Assembly: GCA_003971905.1 (NCBI GenBank)
Contig: RSEE01000067.1
Span: forward strand, 186,001-250,000
Origin: Moniliella sp. 'wahieum'
Lineage: Eukaryota
DNA: 64,000 nt
Direction: 5' to 3'
Shown: piece after piece, positions 1 through 10,830 of the stretch
Numbering within the stretch: the first letter of the stretch is position 1
How the letters are laid out: the number at the start of each line of letters is the position of its first letter
The notes under the pieces: generated by a model
Told to the model about the DNA's origin: nothing
Seen by the model: only the letters and a program-made list of their open reading frames with translations
Databases searched by the model: none
Translations under genes and position numbers: made by a program

Positions 1-1
1 T

Positions 2-1955
2 ATGGCCCGTCGCGCCGTGCACGGCCTACCCAACCACGCCGGGCACCGCGAGGGAACGTACAGTGCACCCGAGCAATCCCCCTGGCTCACCGCCGCTGCC
101 GGTGCTGTACGTGCACAAGCGCGGAGGGGAGGTGCTGGAGGATCCAATCACCAATTACGGTGCAGCCCACAGCCAAAAGGAGCGTGACCTGTTGGGTCTC
201 TCACCCTTTTTGCCTAGCAGCGTCCACTCCCTTGCTACCCAGGTGGAGCGTGCCTACACTCAATTTATGCTGCGGCAGCGGATTGCCGTCTCAAGCGACG
301 AAGACGATGGCGAGCTGATGCAGTATACCTTTCTCCGCTCCCTCAAGGACCAAAATTCCGTCTTGTACTATGCTTTGTTGCAGCGCAACCTAAAGGAGAC
401 GTTACGGATCATCTATACGCCTGTTGTGGGCACCGCGATCCAAAACTACTCGCGCATCTTCCGTCGGCCCGATGGTACTTTCCTCTCCTATCCTGCATAC
501 AAGGCAGCCATCGATGCCGCTCGTGGTGATCGCCAGGCTGGGCGGCGATACATCCGTGACGCCATCAGCCACTACGGTCATTTGGATCAGGAAGATGTGG
601 ACTTGCTCACATGTACTGATTCCGAAGGTATCCTCGGCATTGGTGACCAAGGTATGTCTTCCTTCCATCCCCCCCCCTTTTCTCCCTTACAAGCATTTTC
701 TGACGCGCTTTCTTCAGGTGTGGGCGGGATCAACATTGCGATTGGCAAGAACACGATCTATGCGGTTGGGGGTGGGTTTGACCCACAGCGCGCCCTGAGC
801 ATCGGATTAGATGTCGGAACCAACAATGCGTCGCTACTGGCCGACCCAATGTACCTTGGTTGGCGCCACCCGCGCCTGCGCGGGGAAGAGTACGACGCAT
901 TTATGGACGACTATGTGAGTGTGGCCAGTCAAACGTTCCCCCCCCTTCTGCACTTTGAGGACTTTGGCACGCACAATGCCCATCGTCTCATGGAGCGGTA
1001 CCACCAGCAGGGCCGCCGTGCGTTTTGGGACGATGCTGAGGGCACCGCTGCCGTCACCCTGGCTGCGGTCCTTTCGGCCGTCAAGGTGACCCGCTCTACG
1101 CTGCTGGACCAACGGTACGTGATCTTTGGTGCAGGCACCGCCGGCGTTGGGATTGCCACCCAAATCCGGGACGCCATTGCCATTCGTCAAGGGGTCAGCC
1201 AGGAGGAGGCTAGCAAACGGCTCTACCTCATCGATCGTGAGGGTCTCCTGGTTGAGGGTGCACAGGAGCTGCGTGCGGCGCAAGAACCGTTTGCCCGCAC
1301 TCATGAGGAGGTAGCGTCGTGGGCACCAGCTAAGCGGGGCAAGGTTTCTCCCTCCTGGACGTTGTCCGGAACGTGAAGCCTACCGTACTCATTGGCGTAT
1401 CGGGGCAAGGTGCGCGTTTACTGAAGAGGTGGTGAAGGAGATGAGTCGTCATTGCTCAGCCAGCCATCTTCCCCCTGTCCAATCCATCCCGCCTTGCCGA
1501 AGCGCGACCGGACGACATCAATCGTTGGACTGAAGGCAAAGCACTGATCGCCACGGGATCCCCATTCCCGGCCGTACGTCTGCCCAACTCGGACGAGACT
1601 ACCCCATTGCCGAATCGAACAATGCGCTCGCTTTCCCCGGCTTGGCCGGCGGTGTGATCCTCCCCGTTCGCCTCGCTTGAGCAAGAAGATGATTGTGGCT
1701 GGTGTGGATGCGATTGCCTCGCTCTCGCCGGCGTTGGAGAACCCTCGGGCGGCACTCTTGCCTGACCTGGTGGCCGTACGAGACATCAGTATGAAGGTAT
1801 CTGCTGCGGTGGCCCTAGCAGCCAAACACGAAGGCTTGGCCACCGCTCCGCTTCCCGATACCTTGGAAGAAATGGAGAAACTGGCGAGGCATCGGGCATG
1901 GGAACCACTGTATCGCGAGCTCGCCCAGCCGAGGGGGCAGAGCAATGGTCGTGAT
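2..1955 (+). CDS. Malic enzyme (NAD(P)-dependent malate dehydrogenase, decarboxylating); frameshifted, 5' and 3' limits approximate
   Basis: Motifs [74 protein letters not shown] intron 652-717 (66 nt, in frame). Several 1-nt frameshifts after ~1340. Confidence 0.9.
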
Positions 1956-2501
1956 TCAGGTCGGATGCCTAGTTCAGTCCCTGCAGTGGCCGCGCCTCCT
2001 AACTCTCGCCTGGCCCACCGTTTGCCAGGTTATCCAAAATGTACCATACCCTCATTTCCCGTTATGCGCGTTAAGCTTCCAGACCATATCTATAGGCACT
2101 CGATGCTAGGTCACCCGGTGCGTAACACCTTGTCCAGAGTTGAAACAGTCCCCTGATTGCGACCGACCCTTCTTATGCCATTTGAGACCGTGGGCTCGGT
2201 TTGCTCCGGGAACGATATCATGTCTCTCAGTTCAACGTTCAGTTCCTCCATCCTATAGAGGCAACCACTTTGATGCGTCAACGTCATCTCCTCGTCTGCA
2301 GCCCCACCAACTCCAGCTGACGTGGCTCTCTGGCGCTTGTCCTTAGTATAGTTCAAGGCCGCCCTGCCATGGAGCGACCTTTGCACCTGTGCGCTATACC
2401 GTCGTTCAATCTTGTTAAGGCAACCGTGGATTCTTAGATTCCTGGATTCCTGGTTATTTTTGGGGGGGCATGGCAGGGAAGGGCGGTGAAGGTTCGGTTG
2501 C

Positions 2502-3460
2502 TCACATGTACCCAGCCATCACATCTTCGAACGTGGGCTTGGGTGGCGACGGTTTGGATACCGAAGAGGCCGGTTCGGACGCGGGCTTTGGCGGTGCAAC
2601 CGACTTGTGATTCGCATCGACCAAGCCACCAATAATGAGGGTGCGCAGGGCAGTGCCGGACAACTGGATGGGATCCTCTAGTATCAGTATCTACTCTTCC
2701 ATTTGATAGCGAAGGGAGGACGTACAGGTTCAGCAGTTTTGGAGGGGGCAGCCTTTGTGGGTGCAGGGATCTTCTTTTCTGAAGGAGGAGGGCCGTAAAG
2801 TGTGGCCACGCCACCCTGCGGGGGCTTGTACGTGCCCGTCGGGGACGACGCTTCGCCCAAAAATGCCAGCACGTCGCCCTTGGTCAGAATGCCATGGATC
2901 CCAGTGCCCTTGATCTGCGAGGGGTCCGAGATGTTTTTCTCCACCAAGAGACGGGCGACAGAGGGGAGGTACGGCCGAGGAGGAGGGGGCTGGTGTGTCG
3001 CGGCCTCGTGCGCCACGGACGGTGGCCCTGCTGGGGCAGAAGCAGGTACAGAAGCCGAGGCCGGGGCTGAGGCAGAGGCAGAGGCAGAGGCAGGCGGGTT
3101 TTCGTCTTTGGGCATCTCGATCTTGGTTAAATCGTCCCCTTCCTCGGCGAGCAGCGCAATGATTTGGCCCACAGGAACGTCCTTGGTCCCGTTGGGAACC
3201 AGGATCTTGGCCAGCACACCATCCTCGGGCGCTTCTACGTCCATCGCTGCCTTGTCCGTCTCGATGTCCAGCAACACATCGCCCTGCGCAAATGCCTGAC
3301 CCTCCTTGACCTTCCATTCGGCCAGACCGCCTTCGGTCATGGTGGGACTCATAGCGGGCATGGCCATCTTGGTAATGGCCAGGGGGGCAGGTGTGGTGGA
3401 GAGGGGGCGGGTGAGGCGCGGAGCCAGCCGCAGAACACGGACAGAGAGGATGCTAGCCAT
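2502..3460 (-). CDS. PDX1: Pyruvate dehydrogenase complex protein X (E3-binding protein): mitochondrial presequence, lipoyl domain, E3-binding domain, short C-terminus
   Basis: MPAMSPTMTEGG...IETDKAAMDVEA lipoyl domain; LPSVARLL...IKGTGIHGILTKGDVLAFL PSBD; intron ~2678-2725 (GTACGT..CTAG); no acyltransferase catalytic domain. Confidence 0.85.
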
Positions 3461-3936
3461 GGCGGCGGAGAGGGAGGTGAGGCGCGCCGGAAGGAGGGGC
3501 AGGAGGAAGGCGAGGAGGTCCCATCCAATATCCCTTGGGCGGCCCCCGAAGATGATCGATGCGATTGGGCATCTAACACACGCGACAAACTTGGACCGGC
3601 CGGCTGGGGCAGCTGGCCGTCCCAACCGAAGCACCGCGCCAGTCTGCCCCGTTCCTCCTGTGCCCACGCACTTCCGCCGCGGTGTTTGTCAGACACGGCA
3701 CGGGCGGAACCAGCGGCCTAGGTTTCAATCTTTTAGGGTAGGAACCCCGCTCGGGCGCTCAGGCGCTCAGGCACGGCGCCGCATCCTCCTCAACAATACC
3801 CACTCGACGGAGCAGATAGCAGAGGGAGCTAGCCTCCAACTAGTAACTATACTTGGACGTTGGAGCCCCCGTCCCATCCCACCCTGAGCGGCCTGTCCGT
3901 CTGGGTGCATTTCCAAAAAGAGGTTGTGCAACCAAG

Positions 3937-4152
3937 TGTTGGGACCCGTGGTCCCGTACTTAGGCCAAGGCGCCTCATCACCCTTCACCCCTGATTTGTC
4001 CTCCGAAGCCTCCACGTGTATACTCAGGCTTGTCTGAACCCCTGTCTCTAGGTGTGGCACAAGGCTTAGACCTAACCACCACCATCGCGATTGCATTGCT
4101 CTACATTTCCAGAGGTTCTTCACCCAATCCCTTGGGTTCCTCCGGTCTTACA
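3937..4152 (+). repeat. 5' LTR (216 bp)
   Basis: TGTTGGGACC...GGTCTTACA; identical by eye to 9595-9810. Confidence 0.97.
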
Positions 4153-4222
4153 GAGTTACAATCCTCTTGACGCTCAGCCCTGAGCCTTCCACTCTTACAC
4201 TCTTCCAATCTTCCACCCACCC

Positions 4223-5772
4223 ATGTCTTGGGTCAACACCTACCTCCCCCCTGTGGGCGCAGCAGCGCCCAACGCCGACGCTGCCGCCCAACTGCTGTCG
4301 GATTACCAGCAAGTCTACAACATTCTACTTCGCAATGCCACTCCCACCCAGAGAGATCCGAATTCCGAATACATGGCCCAGCTCACCGTGTGCAACAACC
4401 ACATGGACTCCCTCACCAAGTTACTACTCCGCTACCGCAACGATGCCTCCGCTGCCGGCCCTATCCACAAGCGCTTGCTCGAACTGCGTAAGCTAATGGC
4501 AAGCATCATGAGCTCTCAGACTCAGGAGTCTTGGTTCAACTCCTCAACCCCTACTTCACCAACTGCCGCCGCAGAAGAAGCACCACTCCCGTCGGAGTTG
4601 ACCACGCCTCCCCGCCGCTGACACCATCGCGTGAATCTACCCCTACACCTCAACCCACCCCCGTGGGCCCCGACAACACCGCGAACGACGTCGCCACCCT
4701 CGCCGACCGCATTCGCAACATGTTCAAATTGTTTCCCGAACACATCACCCTCAAACAGCTACAGGACACTGGTATCAAGCTTGGGTACAGCGAAAAGACG
4801 ACCACAGAAGCCATTGTCATGTTATCATGTGAGAATCCACCCAATGCTAGCAAGAACGAAGGTGCCTTATCGTCAACTCCGGCCGTCGACGACAACCCGT
4901 GGGCTTTGACTCCCGACAAGCTCCTCCGTAGTGCCACTCGCACCAACGTGCCGTACCACGAGCGTTTCCACAACAACAGCTCGTTTTGGTTATGGACCCG
5001 GATCTTCCTCCCTCGTATCCAGATTATCCCTGGAGCGCGTGAGCATCTGGAACAGGGCAAGGCCCTGGACGGGTATAACGCAGAACTGGACGCTCACTTG
5101 GCCAACATTCTACTCCCGTGGATAGACTCCGACGTCGTCCAGCAGATCACCGGCGATGGCACGCCGGCTCTAGGGTCTGCATACTATCATGCTCTGCGTG
5201 ATTTGTACGGCACCGTTTCAGACACTGAGATCTGTGATATCCTCATAAAGGTTCTCACTCTCAAAATGGGCACCAAGTCGGGCCGCCAATACCTGAATGA
5301 GTTCACTGTGGCGGTAACCCAGTACGAGATGACGTCCAAGTCCAAGCTGGACGAGATTGGTCTAGCACAGATGCTACGGAAAGGCGTTACTGATCAGGGG
5401 TGGTTGCACCTCCATCGTAACAGCAGCTACGCCGAATTGCGCCGAGCAGTGAGCGAACTCAAAGGCTCCAACTACGGCAGTACCTCCAGTTCAAGCCCAG
5501 CTCCCTCCAGTACGGCCCCTTCGGAAGCCACGTCGCACAGCCAAACAAGCAGTACGGTGACAGGCCGCGGACGAGGCCGAGGTGGCAGCGGGTACAGAGG
5601 AAGTCACCGTGGTGGCCAACGTGGCGGCCACTTTAGCCGGCCGGCTACGACAGCCCAGACCACCTCATCTGCCCATGCAGTAACCCCTATGGCAGCCACT
5701 ACACCACCCGAGTCAGCCACATCGACTGAAACGGAGTCTGTCGTGTCCACAATCCCTCCTCACCCCTACTAG
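4223..5772 (+). CDS. gag: Copia gag-like protein, ending at UAG 5770-5772
   Basis: ORF 4223-4621 joins ORF 4531-5772 if one C is missing in the C-run near 4610 (gives TTPPPPLTP). Capsid-like helical region, then an RGG-rich segment (GRGRGRGGSGYRGSHRGGQRGG). Confidence 0.75.
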
Positions 5773-8700
5773 GACAGCGCGGGAGGCCCTAAGCCAGCCA
5801 ACCTCCCTGCGCAACACGATTCAGGTGCGAGACCATCCGTATTCAATGAACGAAGTGCGTTTATCAATCTTCGTCCACACCGCGAGCCCATAGCAGTGGC
5901 AAACGGACAGATCGCATACACTGAAGGCATTGGCACCATCTCTATGTACATTCAAACCCAGAACGGAGCCCCTATCCGCATCCACCTACCCGGCAGCTTG
6001 TACTGCCCCACCTTCCCGACCAACCTGCTCAGCGCTTACCATCTATCTGTCGCAGGCATTGGCAGCTGGATCCCTCCAGGTGGCCATGGTCTCTATCTCG
6101 GACGACACGGCGAACCTTTTCGTCTCGCCGCCGACTCAAGCTATTCCCTTACTCTGGCGCCCAATACGACAGCCACAGCCAACAGCGCCACTTCGCTACT
6201 CAACCTTGATGCAACCCTGGTCAAGGTGAAAAACGCCCACATCCGATGGAATCATGCACCTCTAGATCAACTTTCATCCCTCACGTCGGATGACCCAGCA
6301 TTCGAACGGGTCAACAGTGGCGACATCGCTTTAGTCCGGTCCTCGTGGCACTGTGCACCATGCGCATTAAGCAGAGCCACTGCCCCACCTCACGCCACGA
6401 CTGGACGCCCAATCCGAACCATTCGCCCTTTCTCTCTCCTCCACCTCGACGTCCTTGACATATCCCGCCAAGGCGGCGGGGGTCATACTTACGCCCTTAT
6501 CATTGTCGACGACTTTACGCGGTATACCTGGACGCTACCCCTGGTGTCCAAGGGTGATGCCACAGCCGAACTTCAAGCCTTCATCCGGCGCGAGCATCGC
6601 CAACATCCCGACCGCCCCCTTCAGACGGTCCGCTCTGACAATGCGCCTGAACTCACCACCGCAATGGACGAGTTTTACTGCGAGCTGGGAGTAGTGAGCG
6701 AGCGCACCAATCCTGGCGAAAGTGCGTCCAATGGGGTCGCCGAACGCGCCATAAGATCGATTACGGATCGCGCTCGACTCATGGTAATCGCCAACAGATT
6801 GACTCCCGACGAGTGGTGGGAACACAGCTTGTTGGCGGCCACATATGCACACAACCAGTCGCCGCCGAAAGCACTGGGTGGGGACAGCCGATTTGTCCGG
6901 TACCATGGCTTTAAACCCTCCCTTCGCATGCGCGGTTTTGGCACTCTTGCCTACCTGCACCTATTGCCCAACCAACGCGAGGGCGGCAAACTTGGTCCGC
7001 GGGCCGTCCCAGCAATGTTGGTGGGTTACGGGCACGGCCGCGGTTCGAAGGGGTGGCTCTTTGCCATCCACCAGGACGACGGCCAAGTTGGATTCCGTTG
7101 GAAAAAGCCGTCCACCTGGACACATGTCCCGTACACCACCGAATATCCCACGCACTTTCATCTGGACCCCCTTGTCCCTGCTGGTGGCGGAGAGGTGCGG
7201 GGGGGCGGAGAAATGGGTGCTGGTGGGAAGTCAGACAGCTCCCCACCCCGGCGTGTGCGTTTTGCGATAGATGAACTGACCCGCGATACTAATGGTAAGA
7301 AAGACAATGCCCCCCATGGAAAAAGAAAATTAAAAGAACGAAAAACAGAGGCACATCGCCCGGCTCAAGCCAACGAAAATGAGAATTCAGAGCCTGGCCC
7401 CACTCCCACCAACTCCAACCCCCCACATGTATCCCCCCAACCTGTTGCATCTGACCCCGCAGGCATGGCACAACGCGCAGGCAAAGCAAGCCGAAGAAAA
7501 TGAAACTATCACAGAAGATGCCGTTGACACTGGCCACCAAGTCCTGTTTTCCCCTCCCTCTTCCACTTCCCCTTCCTCTCCCGCCCTATCCCCCTCCCCT
7601 CTCTCCCCCACCGACACGCTCGCCCCCGTGACCGTGCCCCTGACCGATACAGCCGTCCCCGCACTCGTGCGTCGCAATCCCGTTCGCCAAGCGCGTATCA
7701 ACGCTCCACCCCTCGACTGTCCATTCCAGCCAACGACAATTTGCGCGATGGCACCTTTTCCCTGCTCGTCAACAAGGCCCCTAGCATCTTTGGCAACCCG
7801 GCCGCCCTCTCCGCCCTAGGAATGCAGGCTTTGGTGAGTATTTTCGGACCACGCCGGACACATCCATGCTACCTGCTTCGGAGCCAAGCTCGCCCCCCAT
7901 CGCACTCGCAATCGAATCCGCGGCAAGTGACACCGAGGTCATACTGACCACCGATGGGGTCCCGGTGGCCCCCAAGAACATCAAGAAGTTGGTGGGTCAC
8001 CCTGCCTTTGATGGCGTACTCGAGGCAATGCGCCTCGAGCTTCGGCGTTTTGACGAGCGTGACGTGAAGGAAGTTGTACCCATCCCCCCAGGGATCAAAC
8101 CCCTTCCCGGCATGTGGGTCATAGGTACTAAGACGGATGCGGATGCTAACTTCCTCAAGTACCGTGCCCGCTACGTTGTGGGAGGGCACCGGCAAGTTCC
8201 TGGCACATGGGCGAAATCTTTTGCTCCTGCCGTTCGTACTGCTGCCGTCAACACGCTAATTGCGTTGGCCGAAGCTGATGGCCTCCACTTATTTTCTGCC
8301 GATGTGGAAGCTGCCTACCTCTATGCCGATATCAACGAGCTCGTCTATGTTCGACCACCCCCCTTCTTACCAGAAGCGCCCGGTCATTGCTGGAGACTCA
8401 AGAAAAGTCTCTATGGCCTGCACCAGAGCGGGGCCAACTTTGGAGATTGGCTCCGCACTTTCCTTTGCGACCGACTCCACTTCACTAGCCTAAAATCAGA
8501 GCCTTGCCTGTTCATACGTCGCACCGAACCTCTTGGCCTGATCCTAATCGCCGTCCACACTGACGACTTTTTGGTCGCGTGTCGGTCCCAAGAAGCGTAT
8601 GATGAATTCTTAGTGGAATTAAGGCGCAGCATCCAAATTAAGTCCAACGGCCCCCTACGTTTCCATCTCGGCTGCCAATACGACCGTATCGATGGACGAC

Positions 8701-9530
8701 TGTACATCAGCCAACCCAAATTCATCGCTGAGACGCTTGCCGCGCATGACATATCACCTCACCGGCCCCGCTACCTTCCAATCGGCCACCAACTTCCGCC
8801 TCCCAAGCGACCCGAACACGAAAAGCGTGCCACTCGAGACGAGCACCGTGCCTACCGTTCTATTGTCGGATCCAGCTTGTGGGCGGCTCGTATGTCCCGG
8901 CCTGATGCCCTCTTTGCGGCTACCTTTTTAGCGCGGTTTATGGACGACCCGTCCGCCGCCCACCGACGCGCAGCGGAGGACCTATTACGTTTCTTCGCCG
9001 GTACGTCTGACTACTCTTTGTGCCTCACACCCAACCGATCTCGCCCTCTACTCGAGCTGCACACCGATGCCTCCTTTGCATCAGACAAGAGCAACTCTCA
9101 CTCCGTTTCGGGCCATGTTGTTTTTGTTTTCGGTGTGCCTGTATCCTGGGGCTCCAAGTCCCAAAATCAAGGTGTGAGCAACACAGCAGCATCTGAATAC
9201 CTAGCCATGGGAGATGGCCTTCGAGATGCTCTATTCATTCGCAACATACTGTTTGAACTTGGTGTCTGCAAGGCTAATCACCCGATTGAGCTCTTTGTTG
9301 ACAACACCGCTGCCAAAGCGTTGGCCGAAAAGCTCGGAAGCCTAGGCAAAATACGGGAGATTGACGTCTCGTACCACGAGGTGCGGGAACGCATCCACCG
9401 AGGCGAAATTAAAGTCCACTACACTCCAGGTGCACACCATCTCCCTGACTGGTTCACCAAACCTCTTTCTCTTCCCAAGATCATTTCTGCGCGTAACAAT
9501 TTCGATTTGGCTTCTCTTTCCTCGCGCTGA
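5773..9530 (+). CDS. pol: Copia pol (protease-integrase-reverse transcriptase-RNase H), in frame with gag; indels in the IN-RT linker
   Basis: PR HDSGA (D at 5818) ...VANG...GIGT; IN HIRWNH..CAPC, LHLD, VDDFTRY, RSDNAPE, NGVAER, GSKGW; RT YRARYVVGG, DVEAAYL, LKKSLYGLHQSG, HTDD; RH HTDASFA, SEYLA, VDN, PDWFTKPL. Confidence 0.93.
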
Positions 9531-9594
9531 TCCCCTTTCTACTTTTCTTTTGTTGATGGCCAACGGGCTTCTTTCGTTCCCTTGGCCCGGGGGG

Positions 9595-9810
9595 TGTTGG
9601 GACCCGTGGTCCCGTACTTAGGCCAAGGCGCCTCATCACCCTTCACCCCTGATTTGTCCTCCGAAGCCTCCACGTGTATACTCAGGCTTGTCTGAACCCC
9701 TGTCTCTAGGTGTGGCACAAGGCTTAGACCTAACCACCACCATCGCGATTGCATTGCTCTACATTTCCAGAGGTTCTTCACCCAATCCCTTGGGTTCCTC
9801 CGGTCTTACA
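9595..9810 (+). repeat. 3' LTR (216 bp)
   Basis: Identical by eye to the 5' LTR; followed by TSD CCAAG. Confidence 0.97.
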
Positions 9811-9932
9811 CCAAGGGCTGTTGGAGATTGGTGATACATATGGGTGTGTATGCTGAGCGCGGGAGAAACAGGAGGAAGAAACCCGCCATTGAGGTAGCTG
9901 CGATAGTTCAGGTGGAGAAACATGGGTCGTGC

Positions 9933-10720
9933 CTACTCGTAGGTCACATGCATAAGATGATCCGGTTCTGGAGGAAGAACGTTTAGCTGCAGCTCTGGGC
10001 TAGGGAGCGGGTGGTACGTACTGCGTGCCAGGCAAAGCGGGCAGCCCGGGACAAAGCCAAGGGTGACCTTGGGTGTGCCGCGGGTGTGGACGGCCGAGCA
10101 GGTTGAGAGAGGAGGATGCGCGGCAGGCGGTACACTGGCACCCAAGACAGGCGACGAAGCAGGAGCTGGAGGTACACTCTGCTCCAGCTCCAGCATGGTC
10201 TCATCCCCTTCTCGTCGTGAGAACCTCAATTCCCCCTGATCCGCGGGGGGAAACGGACAGCCCGAGACGAATTGCAGTCCGAGCTCAGGGGGGACGAGAG
10301 AGGGAGAGGGAGAAGGGGCAGGTGTCCTGAAGGCCAAGGTGGACAGCGCAAAGTGATCAGAGGTCGGCTTGCTTGGGTTGGGCTGGGAAAGGCGGGGGAA
10401 ATTGGGGACGGGTGCGAGGCTGGATGGGAGAGGGGGGAAGGTAGGCGAGTGAAGGGGGTGGGCGCACAGAGGGGCGGAGGGTGAAAACGTTTATTGGAGG
10501 TGGTGGCGTCGCCCAGGTCCATGCCTTCGTCATCCACCTCAGCAAAAGCACGTTTGGCACGGCGCGCCCATCGGCATCGCCGCTTGCATCATTGTGAGAG
10601 ATAGAGGAGAGGGGAGGGGACGGGTTGGCGGCAGGGGTAAAGCCAGAGTCGAGGTGGATGATAGAACCGATGGAAGCCGATGTAGATGAAGCTAGAAAAG
10701 TGCAGAGCAACCACGCCCCC
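9933..10720 (-). CDS. Hypothetical Pro/Ser-rich protein with a C-terminal CxxC..H motif (frameshifted; limits approximate)
   Basis: Chained ORFs 10357-10722, 10226-10537 and 9933-10337, ending in KVTLGFVPGCPLCLARSTYH. Confidence 0.35.
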
Positions 10721-10830
10721 ACTCAAACCCCGAGCGCCTCAAATAAACCACAGGGCATGCTAGGGTTAATCTTAAAAGAGCTAATGCACCCAACCCTACT
10801 TCATTCCATGGGTGATCATCGATGGGTACC

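Larger units (their letters stand above)
3937..9810 (+). mobile_element. Full-length Ty1/copia LTR retrotransposon
   Basis: TG..CA LTRs at 3937-4152 and 9595-9810; 5-bp TSD CCAAG (3932-3936 and 9811-9815); domain order gag-PR-IN-RT-RH; G-run polypurine tract just before the 3' LTR. Confidence 0.97.

Noticed and set aside
4223..4621. Separate extra ORF upstream of gag, or a programmed -1 frameshift
   Set aside because: Adding one C in the C-run near 4610 fuses it with gag. There is no slippery heptamer, and it matches the window-wide error pattern.
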